NCBI RefSeq assembly: GCF_004010195.1
Contig: NC_057750.1
Location: 2,282,425-2,346,424 of the forward strand
Reading direction: 5' to 3'
DNA from: Chiloscyllium plagiosum
Lineage: Eukaryota
DNA length: 64,000 nt
A program made the translations under genes and the position numbers. The notes beneath the pieces are model-generated. The model ran no database searches. It worked only from the letters and a program-made list of their open reading frames with translations, and had not been told where the DNA came from. This document shows, one piece after another, positions 1 through 13,949 of the stretch; the first letter of the stretch is position 1; the number at the start of each line of letters is the position of its first letter.

Positions 1-1215
1 CCCCCCCCACCTCTCGTTTCCATCCCCACTGATCCTACCGTCACTCCCCGACTGTCCCTGTGGAGTTTTGGTCATTGTGTGGTCTCTGGCAGTATCTATG
101 GTACTGGAACATGGTTTTATGTTAGAGTTTGTCCTGCTGTACAGAGAGAGCCGTGTGGCTAAAGGATGATTTGTTTCTGACTGCACTCCCAGTCTCAGAC
201 AGGGAGAGGTGAGAGTTGGGAACACCCGTGTAAATTACATTCAGATCCAGAGACACACAAATCTGGCTTGTTGGTTTGTGTGTGAAATATTTCTCTGGGA
301 TGTAACAACATCAAACCCAGTCTGAAGGGATTTCCCTTCTCTCTCTTCCCCCCCCATTCTTTAAAGGGGAGTGAGGGGGAAAGCTGTGTTTTTTCCATGA
401 TGTGAAGGAGCCGGTGTTGGACTGGGGTGGACCAAGTCAAACTCTCACAGCACCAGGTTATAGTCCCACAGGTTTATTTGGACACACCAGCTTTCGGAGC
501 GCTGTTCCTTCAGGGAGCTCCGAAGGATTGTACTCCTGAATAAACCTGTGGGACTATAACCTGGTGCTGTGTGACTTCTTTGTTGACTGTTTATTCTAGA
601 CAGGGTGTGCCACACTGGACAGTGAGTGAAATGGTGACACTGAGGTCATTTCTTTTCTCTCCTTCTCTGAGGGATTCTGTGGTTGGAGTTAGTGAGGTCA
701 GATTCTCAAAGTGTCATGAGCCAGTCATTACCTTGGGGGGGGGTGGGAGGTGGGGTGGTGTGCAGATGGTTGGTCATGTGGGGAATTCAAACCAAGCGAG
801 ATCATTGAACTTTATATTTATAAGCTGAGGAGCGAGGAGGTGTAGCAGTGAGAATTATTCCCCTCCCCCTCCCTCTTATCTCTTGTTTACCAGGAAGTAA
901 TTATCATTGCTACATCTCAATTTGCAAACCACACCTTGGGAGAGTGGGGGAAGGTCAGTGGAAGAGGCCATTCTAGAAATTCTAAGAAGGCCATTCTGCC
1001 CTACTCACAGCTGACCTCCCTCTGTGTTCATTTGTTTCTTTCTCTTTTTGAAATAGAACCAGCCTCACTCAAGGATTGGGATACAGACGGGCTCTAACCT
1101 CACACCTTTAATGCATTGTTTGAGCTGAGGTGTCATTTTTAAAAAAATATAAAACCTTAAGTTATCTTGAGTATGTGACTTAAGAGTTTCTGAGATTTAC
1201 ATATTAATGAACTGA

Positions 1216-1430
1216 GCTGAAAATGTGTTGCTGGAAAAGCGCAGCAGGTCAGGCAACATCCAAGGAGCAGGAGAATCGACGTTTCGGATATGAGCCCTTC
1301 TTCAGGAATGATTCCAGAAGAAGGGCTCATGCCCGAAACGTCAATTCTCCTGCTCCTTGGATGCTGCCTGACCTGCTGCGCTTTTCCAGCAACACATTTT
1401 CAGCTCTGATCACCAGTCCTCACTCTCTCC
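1216..1430. mobile_element. Inverted (hairpin) Penelope-end insert with 16-bp TSD
   Basis: ~95-bp arms symmetric about 1310; catattaatgaactga at 1200-1215 and 1431-1446. Confidence 0.8.
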
Positions 1431-1538
1431 CATATTAATGAACTGAAACCTATGACCCATTCGAAAAGATGAAAGACCTAACAGCAATCTAGGTTTGTTC
1501 AGTGTATCATCTCCGTTGCATGACACTGTAATATTTAT

Positions 1539-1842
1539 GGGCGGCACGGTGGCACAGTGGTTAGCACTGCTGCCTCAGCGCCGGAGACCCAGGTTCAATT
1601 CCTGCCTCAGGCGACTGTGTGGAGTTTGCACGTTCTCCCCGTGTCTGTGTGGGTTTCCTCCGGGTGCTCCGGTTTCCTCCCACAGTCCAAAGATGTGCAG
1701 GTCAGGTGAATTGGCCATGCTAAATTGCCCATAGTGTTAGGTGAAGGGGTAAATGTAGGGGTATGGGTGGGTTGCGCTTCGGCGGGTCGGTGTGGACTTG
1801 TTGGGCCGAAGGGGCTGTTTCCACACTGTAATGTAATCTAAT
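1539..1842 (+). mobile_element. HE1-like tRNA-derived V-SINE
   Basis: A box tggcacagtgg, B box ggttcaattcc, V domain tgtggagtttgcac...ggtttcctcccacagtccaaag, CR1-like tail. Confidence 0.88.
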
Positions 1843-4609
1843 ATTTTATTATAAATTTTGTGTCTTATGGTCCTGCCCCACTAACTACCTGATGAAGGGG
1901 CAGCACTGCTTCCAAATAAACCTGTTGTACTGTAACCTGGTGATTTTTAACTTTGTCCACCCCAGTCCAACACTGGCACCTCCTCCATCTTGTTTCTTTT
2001 CCCCCCATTAACTTAGAATCCCAACAGCGTGGAAACAGGCCCTTCGGCCCAACAAGTCCACACTGACCCTCTGAAGAGTAACCCACCCAAACCCATTCCC
2101 TTATTTCTGTATAATTTCCCTCGCTAATGCACCCAACACTGCAGGCAATTTGGCATGGCTAATCCACCAAACCTGCACATTTTTCTAAATTCCGATGTCC
2201 CCTTTCCCAGATTTTGTTTTATCAACCACCCTGGTATGCAGGTTAGGTGGATTAGCCATGGGCATTGCAGAGTTACAGTGATGGGGTAGGAGGGTGGGTC
2301 TAGGTGGGATGCTTTTTGGAGAGTTGGTGTAGAGTCGACGGGCTGAAGGGTCTGCTTCCACACTGAGGGGATTCTATGGTCTTGTAAAAATATCAATTCC
2401 ACTGGAATTCTTCAAGTCCTTTTGGATTTTTCAGTTCTAGGCTTTTCTCATCACAATATGTTTCCTCGATTAACTTCTATTTGGAAAGCTGGCTTCAAGG
2501 AGACCAGCCTTTCTGTTTGATTTTCTTTCCCTGACTTGAGTAAAAATAATTTCTCGCATTATCCGGCCTATTCAATGTGCAGCACGGAAACAGACCCTTT
2601 GGTCCAACCCGTCCATGCCGACCAGATACCCCACACTCCGGGGTAAAGTCCTTGTCTATTTACCCTATCCAAGCCCCTCATGATTTTATAAGCCTCTATA
2701 AGGTCACCCCTCAGCCTCTGACGCTCCAGCGATAATATCCCTAGAGTCGAGAGTGTGCTGCTGGAAAGGCACAGCAGGATGAAGGGCTTTTGCCCAAAAC
2801 GTCGATTCTCCTGCTCCTCGGATGCTGCCTGACCTGCTGTGCGTTTCCAGCACCAGTCTCTCGACTCTGATCTCCAGCATCTGCAGTCCTCACTTTCTAC
2901 TGGAAAATATCCCCAGCCTATCCAGCCTCTCCCTTATAGCTCAAACCCTCCAACTCCTTGTAAGTTTACCTTTGTTGCGTTCCTTGATTAATTGGCCTCT
3001 GATTTCACCATCCTCAACAGCAAATTGAGCTCTGATGAAGAGTCATCTTTAGTCAAAATGTTAGCTTGCTCTCTCTTGGTAGATGCTGTCTGACCTGCTG
3101 TGATCTTCTGTGTTTGTAGTTTTCAGCTTACGTTGAGCTTATCCAGTCTGGCTAGTTCTTTAGTTTACATAAGGCTGTTTGTGATTCTGGGAATATCCCA
3201 AAGGGAAATGTTGTAAGGCAGCTAATTTGCGTGCAGCAACTTGTCTCGAGGGTGCTGTGATAATGAGCTGACAGTCTGCTTTAGTGTCGTCGCTTGAGGG
3301 ATAAATATTGCCCAGGGAGGCTGGTGGGGCACTCCCTGCTGCTGGGCTCTACAACAATGCAGTTCCTGGGTTTAATGGCTCACCTCCTGTTCCTCTGGTA
3401 GTGTGGCACTCCCTTAGCCGGAGCACCTAGAGGGTCGGCCGAGAGTTTGTGTTTGAGGCTTATGGGGGTGAGGACTCCCAACCTCCTGGCGGGAAGCGAG
3501 ACTGGTCCCCATACTCAGCCTGGCCATTCTGGCTGTATCCGTGCTTTCCCTCTTCCCGGTGGTGGGTGCAATACTCACCTTGACTACAGGAGGGTACAAG
3601 GAATGAGGAGTCATTCCAACTTTGCTTTTCATTATTCATTCACAGAGTGGAGGCATCACTGGCTAGGCCAGTGTGTATTGCCTGTCCCTGAGGGGCATAA
3701 GCGACACCCACATCACTGTGGGTCTGGAGTCACGTGTAGACCAGACCAGTTTCCTTCCCTAAAGGACATCCAGTGTATTCATCATCATTTATTAGACTCT
3801 TAATTCACGTGGTGGGATTCAAACCCGGGTTCCCAGATCGTTACCTGGGTCTTTGGATTAATAGCCTGGAGGTATTATGCCAGGATTATCACCTCCCGTC
3901 AGCTAGGCTACGGTAAAAGCTGGGATGGGATGTTTTTCCAATTTTGAATTCTGACTGAAGTTAATAAAATAAAGAGCGACCTCCATCCTCCCACCGTGAT
4001 CTTAAAGAAAACAAAACCGTCCCCGAAACACACTCTGTGTTGTGTCTGGTTGAAGAGCAGTGATCTGTATTTGAAATCTCTGCTCTTGGAGTTGGCACTG
4101 ATGGTGATCCTGTCTGTCGTGACTTGCTCAGGGAAACCTCAGGCAAGGGTGAGACCTCAATCAGGCCTGGGATTGCAAAACCCTTTTTGATGTCAATCCA
4201 GCTGATTGTGTGTGAAATATTCCCCTGGCCTGGATCATTCAAAAGGAAACCTGGGGCTTTGCTGTTAACATTTTCCTTTCTGTGGCCCTCTGCTCTTGAA
4301 AGGGGGGAGAGAGGGGAGCTAGTGTTTCTTCTGGACAGGATGTGCCGCACCTATGAGCGAGTCAAACAGCAACATTGAGAAAGAGCATTACCTTCTGTCA
4401 CTCTCTTGAGAGATTTTGTAGTTGGTGGTTGGCGGGATCAGATTCCCAGTGAGTCATGAACCAGTTAATGATTTTTTTTTTAGGAGACTCGGCGATGTTG
4501 AGAATTCAAACCAAGAGCCAAATGAAATATTTCCTTTTCTCAGAAGGAGTTGAAACACTCCTCCTGGATGATATATCTTAATGTACATATGATGCATTTA
4601 TACTTACCA

Positions 4610-5480
4610 GAAATCAGGCGGGTTTGAGAGGGATGCAGACAGTTTGATAGACATGTGGATGGATTCAGTAAGTGGATGAAAAGTTGGCAAATGGAGTATA
4701 ATGTGGGAGTGCGTGAAGGTGCTCAGTTTGGGAGAGAAATCAAAGGAACAGAATAAAGTATTATTTAAATGGCAAGGAACTGCAGAAAGCTGCAACACTA
4801 AGGGATTCGGGTTTTGTGTGCACAAAATACAGAAAGCTAGCATGCAGGGACAGCAGGTAATCAGGAAGGTCCTTACTTCAAGAGGGTTGGAGTATGAGAG
4901 TAGAGAAATCTTACTGTAACTGTACAAGGGGCTGGGGAGACCACACCCGGGGCACTGAGAGCAGTTTTGGTCCCTTATTTAAGGAAAGATATCATTTCAT
5001 TGGAAGCAGTTGAGGGAAGGATCACTAGGATGGTCCCTGGGACGGAGGGATTGTCTCATGAGCAAAGATTAAACAGTTGGGACTCTACTCCCTGGAGTAG
5101 AGAAGAATGAGAGGTGATCCCATGGAAACATCTTGGATTCTGTAAGGGGCTTGACAGGGTCAATGCTGAGAGGGTGGTCCCCTCATGGGAGGGTCTAGGG
5201 CCAGAGGGCACAGCCCCAGGATAAAGGGGCACTAACTGAAGGCTGAGATGGGGAAGGATCTCTTCCCTCAGAGGGCTGAGAGTTTTTGGAACTCCTTGTC
5301 CCAGAGAGCTGTGAGGGCAGAGCCCGTGTGTATATTTAAGGCTGAGATGGAGAGATTCCTGATCAGTCGGGGAATCGAGGGGAAAGGGCAGGAAAGTGGA
5401 CGCGAGGAATCTCAGATCAACCATGATCCTGTTGGATGACAGGGCAGGCTCGAGGGGCCGAATGGCCTCCTCCTGTTCTT
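4610..5480 (+). mobile_element. Old CR1 LINE 3' fragment
   Basis: Decayed ORF2 C-terminus (xLYKxLxRPHxE, FxQRxxxxWNxLP-like) and 3' UTR. Confidence 0.75.
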
Positions 5481-6137
5481 ATTTTGGGTGGCCTGCCCAC
5501 AACCTGAATTTATATAGAGCCTTTAATATCAGAAACATCCCAAAAGGCTTTGGAGTTTTCTGAAGTAACCCTTGACACTGAGGATGGGGGAGGGGGTAGA
5601 GAGGGCCAATGAGCAAAGCCTTACTCAGAGCTAGGTATGAAAGAGTGTGCTTCAAGGAGGTGAAGCAATGGAGTGGGGAGCGACGCTGAAGGGTCTACAG
5701 AAAGAAAATCGGAATTTGGAAAGTAGTTGAAGTGTTTAAACTCCACAAAGCCTTGTCGGAATACTGACAGGATTCCCAAAAGCAGTGGAAATGTAGCGTC
5801 GTGCATGATCTGATTTGAGTGGAATTGGATGTCTGGGTCACTTCCTGGATTCTGATGCAGTTTTAGTCTCTGGCTGCTGGGCACAGTCTCAAAGGCAGCT
5901 GGCAAATGGATGGTGATGCTTCTCCGGGTCCCTGTGGGTGTTCCTCACTGGGCTGTGATACCTTTCCCTGGCCAAGTTCTGAGACCAGCGTGAGGGGATG
6001 CTGGGAAGCAGTGAACTTGCATTGGAGTTATACTGTATGGAAACAGGCCCTTCGGCCCAACTAGTCCATGCTGACCATGTTCCCAAACTAAACTAGTCTC
6101 ACCTGCCCGCTCCTCAACCATATCCCTCTGAACCTTT

Positions 6138-6635
6138 TCATAGAATCCCTACAGTGTGGAAATGGGACCTTCGGCCCAACAAATCCACACCGACCCTCCG
6201 AAGAGTAACCCACCCAGACCCATTCCCCTTACACTATTACTCTGCATTTAGCCGTGACTAATGCACCTAACCTACACATCCCTGCACACTATGGGTGATT
6301 TAGCATGGCCAACTCACCCTAACCTACACATCCCTGCACACTATGGGTGATTTAGCAAGGCCAACTCACCCTAACCTACACATCCCTGCACACTATGGGT
6401 GATTTAGCATGGCCAATTCACCCTAACCTACACATCTTGACGCTATGGGAGGAAATAATGAACCAGGCGAAAGTGAGGTCTGCAGATGCTGGAGATTAGA
6501 GTCGAGTGCGTGTTGCTGGAAAAGCACAGCCGGTCAGGCAGCATCTAAGGAGCAGGAGAATCGACCTTTCGAGCATAAGCTGTTTGTCAGGAACCCATCC
6601 ATCAGCACCATACTTGTCAACTGTGGGAGGAAACC
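6138..6635 (-). mobile_element. HE1-like SINE 3' part with 52-bp internal tandem repeat and a Penelope-end insert
   Basis: cctaacctacacatc at 6266, 6318, 6370, 6422; insert at about 6456-6620. Confidence 0.8.
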
Positions 6636-8239
6636 AGAGGGAATTTCTTTTCGTGCACTTATCGAAATGTCTTTTTGCAACCCCGACATTCCGTTTAAAT
6701 CTCCAGAGTCTGAGACGGTCACTGGAACGGAATTTAGATGTTGGCTCGGTTTTTAATTAAGAACCAGGAATGTGCTAGGAGTTTTATTGGCAGCGTCAGT
6801 AGTTTTATGGCATGGACTTTGGATGTTAAACAGGGCACCTTGAAGGTGAGCAGGATGTGTTCTGTACAATTGCTGTCTCTGTTGTGCTGTCAGATGTTGG
6901 GAGCACTCACTCCCAGAAAAGCTGCACTGCACACTGTCTTTGATGTTTTATTATAAATTCTGTGTCTGACGTGTCCTCTCTCACTAGCACCAGTAATAGT
7001 AGCAAGGCCCCAAAAGCTTTTGTGTTTCCAAATAAACCTGTTGGACTATAACCTGGCGTCTGTGTGGTGTTTAACACAGTCTCCAAGCCCTGACTGTACG
7101 AATCTCTGTGAGGCAGGGAGGAAACCGAGACTTGGATCTGAAGCTCACTGCATCGAGCTCCGGGAATGGATCTGTGAACCCGAACTGGCTGCCACATTCG
7201 AAGGCTCTCTTGAAAAACAAAAATAAGTTCATCAAGCGCTTATCTCTTACTGATTGACCCTCTGACTCACAGAATCAAAAGCTGTGAGCCAATCCAGTGA
7301 CAAATGCAGGAATGTCAGAGGAGGTGGAAGAAATAGGCACGGAGTTTCACAGGAAGTTATTTACCAGAAAGGTTCAATGAGAACATTGAAAAGGCATCTG
7401 GAAGGGTATATGAGTAGGAAGGTTTAGAGGGATATGGGCCAAGTGCTGGCAAATGGAACGAGATTAATTTACAATATCTGGTAGGCGTGGACGAATTGGT
7501 TTGAAGGGTCTGGATGACTCTAGGATGGTTTGGGTGGGGGTGGGGGTGGGGGTTAGAAGAACAAACAAAGATTTTATTGTTCGGCTGCTCTCATATTGCT
7601 GACGTTTATCTAAGCTCGTTGCTCGCTCTGTGAACCAGACAGTGAGATTCAGTCCTCGCTCCGATCAGCACGGAAACAGGCCCTTCAGCCCAGCTTGTCA
7701 CTGCCAACCATGCCATTCCAAATTCAGCTGGTCTCATTTGCCAGCACCCAGCCCATAATCATCTAAACCCTTCCTATTCATATACCCATCCAGATGCCTT
7801 TTAAATGTTGTCTTTGTACCAGCCTCCACCACTTCCTCTGGCAGCTCATTCCAAACATGCACCACCCTCTGTGTGAAAAAGCTGCCCCTTAGGTCCCTTT
7901 TAAATCTTTCCCCTCTCACCCTAAACCTATGCCGAAACTGGAGCACCCGGAGGAAACCCACGCAGACACGGGGAGAATGTGCAAAACTCCACACAGTCAG
8001 TCGCCTGAGGTGGGAATTGAACCCGGGTCTCTGGCGCTGTGAGGCAGCAGTGCTAACCACTGTGATTTTATAAAGTTAAAAATCATACATCACCAGGTTA
8101 TAGTACAACAGATTTATTAGTCTACACAACCACCTGGTGAAGGAGCAGTGCTTTGAAAGCTAGTGCTTCCAAATAAACCCATTGGACTATAACTTGGTGT
8201 TGTGAGATTTTTACCTTTGTACACCCCAATTTTGTAGGT

Positions 8240-8612
8240 TAAAAACAATGACTGCAGATGCTGGAAACCAGATTCTGGATTAGAGTGGTGCTGGAAAAGT
8301 ACAAAAGTTCAGGCAGCATCCGAGGAGCAGGAAAATCGACGTTTCGGGCAAAAGCCCTTCATCAGGAACACAGGCAGAGAGCCTGAAGGTGGAGAGATAA
8401 GTGAGAGGAGGGCGGGGGTGGGGAGAAAGTAGCATAGAGTACAATAGGTGAGTGGGGGAAGGGATGAAGGTGATACGTCAGAGAGGAAGGTGGAGTGGAT
8501 AGGTTGAAAAGGAGATAGGCAGGTAGGACAGGTCATGGGGACAGTGCTGAGCTGGAAGTTTGGAACTGGGGTGAGGTGTGGGAAGGGGGAATGAGGAAAC
8601 TGTTGAAGTCCA
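8240..8612 (-). mobile_element. Penelope-like element 3' end with hammerhead core
   Basis: Minus strand reads DFNSFLIP (like a GIY-YIG ORF terminus), then a pyrimidine-rich UTR, then cctgatgaagggcttttgcccgaaacgtc. Confidence 0.7.
8338..8365 (-). ncRNA. Minimal type I hammerhead ribozyme core
   Basis: CUGAUGA-A-GGGC-UUUU-GCCC-GAAA-CG-UC; identical core at 9792-9819(-). Confidence 0.65.
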
Positions 8613-9692
8613 ATTTTGTAAACCACTATAAGGTCACCCCTCAGCCTCCGACACTCCAGGGAAAACAGCCCCAGCCTATTCAGCCTCTCCCTCTCCCTTT
8701 ACAACATCCTTGTAAATCTTTTCTGAACCCTTTCAAGTTTCCTTTCTACTGGAGCATCTATAATAATTCTGCTTGAGCACTAGCAGCCAGCCAGTGCTGT
8801 CTCTCTCCCTCTGTGAAATCCTTTTTTGTTTTGGACGCCCCAGTTGACTTGCCCCGTGTCGTCTCTGCTACAATGACACCAGTTCGATGACTGTACCCAA
8901 TAGGAGCAGGATGAGGCCATTCAGCCCCTCTGGTCTGCTTGCCATTCAAAAGGATCATGACTGATTTTCATCCAGCTCCCGAAAGCCTTTGTTGTTTGGC
9001 GAGGGAATCAAATTGCCCGAATCGTTTAAAAAGATCAGTGTCTCCACCTCTCGTGCCTTCAAGTTTCAAAGTCTCTCAAGCCTCAGAGAAACAAAATCCT
9101 CCTCTCCCGTGTCTGTGTGGGTTTCCTCTGGGTGCTCCGGTTTCCTCCCGTAATCCAAAGATGTGCAGGGCAGGTGAATTGTCCATGGAAAATTGCCCGT
9201 AGTGTCCAGGGGTGTGTAGGTTAGGTCTTTGAGGAGAAAGTGAGGTCTGCAGATGCTGGAGATCAGAGCTGGAAATGTGTTGCTGGAAACGCGCAGCAGG
9301 TCAGGCAGCATCCAGGGAACAGGAGAATCGACGTTTCGGGCATAAGCCTGAAGATGGGATGCTGCCTGACCTGCTGCGCTTTTCCAGCAACACATTTCCA
9401 GCTGTGTAGGTTAGGTATATGAGTCAGAGAAAATGTAGGGGATTGGGTCTGGGTGGGTTACTCTTCAGAGGGTTGGTGCGGACTTGTTGGGCCGAAGGGC
9501 CTGTTCCTAGACTGTAGGGATTCTATCTATCTACTATATTCTTGTCCTGGAAGAGTGCCCCCTAGTTCCAAACTGACCCACCAGAGGGACAATCCTTTCC
9601 CCATCCACCGTGTCCAGACCATTCAGGATCTGATACACTCCAATCAGATCACCCCCTCACTCTCTAACCCCCAGTGGGGACAGGCCCAGTCT

Positions 9693-9912
9693 AGGTAAAA
9701 ACAATGACTGCAGATGCTGGAAACCAGATTCTGGATTAGTGGTGCTGGAAGAGCACAGCAGTTCAGGCAGCATCCGAGGAGCAGGAAAATCGACGTTTCG
9801 GGCAAAAGCCCTTCATCAGGAATACAGGCATTTGCCCGGGACGTCGATTTTGCTGCTCCTCGGATGCTGCCTGAACTGCTGTGCTCTTCCAGCACCACTA
9901 ATCCAGAAGCAA
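9693..9912. mobile_element. Inverted Penelope-end insert
   Basis: Arms ttctggattagtggtgctgg.../...ccagcaccactaatccagaa; gcccagtct at 9684-9692 and 9913-9921. Confidence 0.8.
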
Positions 9913-10544
9913 GCCCAGTCTGTCCAACCTTTCCCCATCAAACAACCCCCTCCTTCCAGGGTTGAGTGCAGTAAACACCCTCTGAACTGCATCCAATACA
10001 TCCTTCCTTTTTAAATACAGAGACCAAAACTGCACCACAGTCTTTGAGATGTGATTACACCAATGCCCTGGATACATTCCCTCCTTACTTTTATGTTCCG
10101 TTCCTCTCCTAATAAAGTTATTAATCATCAGGACCATGACCCTTCCTGATGAGATGCTGTACCTGCACACACTGACTCTCTGCAACTCTTGCACCCTCTG
10201 TCCAACTCAGAATTCTGCAGTCGTTCTCTGTTTCAATCATCCGTTTTCTCATTTACACTGCCAATTCTTGCTTTTATTCTGATGGCGGCCAGACCTTTAT
10301 CCAGCTTCGTTCCCGGTAATCGTAGAATCCTGGGCTTGGTACCGCACAGGGAGAGTTTGGCCCATTGTGTCTGTGCTAGTAGGTGATCAATGCTCAACTC
10401 TTTTTTTTTCTGCTCTTCAAGCAGTGGCTGTGCTCACTAGCACATGGAATTTGGTTTCAGTGTGATTTTATTGTCGCATGTACTCAAAGGCAAAAGTACA
10501 GGGGTACAGTGAAAACTCTAATGTCACCACACCAGGCACCATCT

Positions 10545-12170
10545 TAGCTAGAAAGGAATGGCAGATGGAGTTTAATTTAGATAAATGTGAGGTGTTGTGT
10601 TTTAGAAAGGCAAATCAGGGCAGGTTTTATACACTTAACCATTTGGATACAAAACTGGCTCAAAGGTAGAAGACAGAGGGTGGTGATGGAGGGTTGTTTT
10701 TCAGACTGGAGGCCTGTGACCAGTGGAGTGCCACAAGGATCGGTGCTGGGCCCTCTACTTTTCATCATTTATATAAATGATTTGGATGTGAGCATAAGAG
10801 GTACAGTTAGTAAGTTTGCAGGTGACACCAAANNNNNNNNNNNNNNNNNNNNNNNNNNNNNNNNNNNNNNNNNNNNNNNNNNNNNNNNNNNNNNNNNNNN
10901 NNNNNNNNNNNNNTGAAGAAGGTGTTTGGTATGTTTTCCTTTATTGGTCAGAGTATTGAATACAGGAGTTGGGAGGTCATGTTGCAGCTGTACTGGACAT
11001 TGGTGAAGCCACTTGGAATATTGCGTGCAATTCTGATCTCCTTCCTATCGGAAAGATGTTGTGAAACTTGAAAGGATTTACAAGGATGTTGCCAGGGTTG
11101 GAGGGTTTGAGCTGTAGGGAGAGGCTGAACAGGCTGGGGCTGTTTTCCCTGGAGCGTCGGAGGCTGAGGGGTGACCTTAGAGGTTTACAAAATTATGAAG
11201 GGCATAGATAGGATAAATAGACACGGGGCAACATTTTCACGTGTGTGTGTGTGTGTGAGATGAGCTGCCAGAGGAAGTGGTGGAGGCTGGTACAATTACA
11301 GCATTTAAAAGGCATCTGAATGGGTATATGAATAGGAAGGGCTTAGAGAGATATGGGCCAAGTGCTGGCAAATGGGAGTAGATTAGGTTGGAATATCTGG
11401 TCTGTATGGTTGAGTTGGACTGAAGAGTGTGTTTCTGTGATGTACATCTCTATGACGCCAAGTGTCGAGGTACAGAACCTTAAGGACAAGGTGGCAAGAA
11501 AGAAATTTAAAAGTTAAACATTGCAGTCATTATAGTATAACGTAAAACATACAATACTTGGTCAAGTATCCTCTTAGTTTAAGCTGAAAATAAAGTTAGC
11601 CTTTTCTGGAATACTGTGTCCAGTTCTGGTCGCCATGTTATAGGGAGGAGATTATTAAGGTGGTGAGGGTTCAGAAGAGATTTACCAGGATGTTGCCAGG
11701 TATGGACAGTTTGCATTCTAAAGAAAGGCTGGATCGGCTGGGACCTTTTTCACTGGAGTGTAGGAGGCTGAGAGGTGACCTTGTAGAGGTTTATAAACTC
11801 ATGAGAGGCATGGATAGGATAAATGGTGGTGTCAGGGTGGGGGGAGTTCAAGACTCTGGGTACAGTTTAAGGTGAGGGGAGAGAGCTTTAAAAACAACAC
11901 GAGGGGCAAACTGTTCTACCCAGAGGGTGGTTTGTGTGTGAAAAGACCTTCCTGAGGAAGTGATGGAGGTGGGTCCGGTTACAATGTTTGATAAAATTTG
12001 GTGCTGGAAAAATTGCAGCAGGTCAGGCAGCATCTGAGGAGCGAGAGAGTCTACATTTGAAGCCCGAAACCTCAACGGATATGGGTCGGGCGCTGGGACT
12101 AGTTTAGTTTGGGATTATGGTTGGTACGGACTGGTTGGGCCAAAGGTTCTGTACCCATGCTTTATGACTC
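10545..12170 (+). mobile_element. Cluster of CR1 RT and 3' fragments
   Basis: [45 protein letters not shown]. Confidence 0.88.
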
Positions 12171-13949
12171 TGTGTTTAGTCACAGGGATTAAGTACTTGA
12201 TTTGATTAAATATCCAGGTTGGGTCTTTTTATTCAGCTGTGTGACTGCCCTCTGAGGTCAGGTTGCATGTTTTCTCTCTCTCTCTCTCTCTCTCTCTTTC
12301 TGAGACCACTTTGTCGAATTGTTACAGCAGAGGGGGATACCAGTCAGCCCGTTGCCTCTGTGCTCGCCCTCCAAATGCTATTCTCCCTGTAGCCTTGCAT
12401 CCTTCGCGATCCAGTTCTCCCCTGACTCCTCAGTGCACCCTAACCACTCACTCCTCAACAAAAGCATCTCCTTGCTCTGACTGCTTCTGGGAATACGTTT
12501 AAACCTGTGTCCCCTCCCTGCCCCCTCGATCCTTTCTCTGCTTCTCAGTTTCCTGTCTGTTAGTGCAGCTTCTCTCTGTCCTGTCCAGGGGGCGCGACTG
12601 TAAATGTTGCAGGTGATTTAGTTGCCAACTGGGGAGAATTGCAATGACTGATCCAGCTTTTAAAGGTTACTTATTATCAATGGGAATAGCTCTGTGATGT
12701 GCTGTTCATGCAACGGTGGAAGATGGTGCACTTGGCAGATTAAGGCAGTCAATTCTTTGAGGGAGTGGTGTTATTCAAATTGTCACTGTGAGCAATTTGT
12801 GGACAGAGGTTGATCAGGGCGATATACAGCACAGTCTCCTTGTTACTCGAAGAGTTAATGTTCTCAGTCACACCATTTAATGATGATTTGGAGATGCCGG
12901 TGTTGGACTGGGGTGGACAAAGTTAAAAATCATACAACACCAGGTTATAGAACATAGAACATAGAAGAATACAGCGCAGTACAGGCCCTTTGGCCCTCGA
13001 TGTTGCGCCGATCCAAGCCCACCTAACCTATACTAACCCACTATCCTTTAATTGGAAGCACACGAGCACTCCTGCGTCGCTCCGAAAGCTAATGCTTCCA
13101 ATTAAACCTGTTGGACTATAACCTGGTGTTGTGTGATATTTAACGATGAGCCTGGATTGCAAACACTTGTGTTGTTCAACCTGTTGGACAGGTATTTTTT
13201 GCTGACTGTGAACTGGATGAGTAATTGTCATGATGTAGCTTACAAAGGTTTGGGAAAACAATTTTGCAGTTGTTATTTCCATCATTGTTGTTAATTGACT
13301 GACTGCAAAAGGTCATAGATGACTGGTCTTAAAAGGGGTCACCTTTCTGTCGAATTCACCCCCCCCCCCCCGAGTGCAATGGATGTTGGGATACTGAATA
13401 CGATTAAGGAGGAGAGGGATTTTTCACTAGCCGTTGGCTGAAGGGCCATGAAGAGCAGGCGGGAGATGGAATTAGAATCCCTGCAATGTGGAAACGGGCC
13501 CTTCGGCCCGACGAGTGCACACCAGCCCTCCGAAGAGTAACCCCCCACCCAGGCCCGTTGCCCTCACATTTGCCCCTGACTCATGCACCCAACCTAGATA
13601 TCCCTGAACACTCTGGGCAATGTAGCACGGCCAATCCGCCTTGACCTGCACATCTTTGGATTGAGTTGACGCTGAGATGGGGTTAACCAAGATTGGATTG
13701 AATGGGGGAGCAGGCTGGAGGGGCTGAATGGCCGCCTCCTGCTTCCAGCTTTTCCTTTTTTTTTTTGCAGTGACCACTTAGTTATAGAATCCCGATTTAG
13801 TGTGTGGAGGCAGGCCATTCGGCCCATCCTACACCCAACCTCTGGAGTGTCCCACCCAGACCCACCCTGCTACCCTCTCCCTGTAACCCTGCATTCCCAC
13901 GGCTAGACCACCTACCCTACCCAGAGGTCTCACCACATCAGTGTATACT

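Noticed and set aside
1539..1610. tRNA genes at A/B-box sequences
   Set aside because: They are SINE heads continuing into V-domain or LINE-derived tails
4101..4148. Hydrophobic MVILSVVTCSGKPQAR followed by gtgaga, as the SPINT2 signal-peptide exon
   Set aside because: Short hydrophobic core and a phase-0 donor that cannot join the phase-1 Kunitz-1 acceptor directly; no homology support
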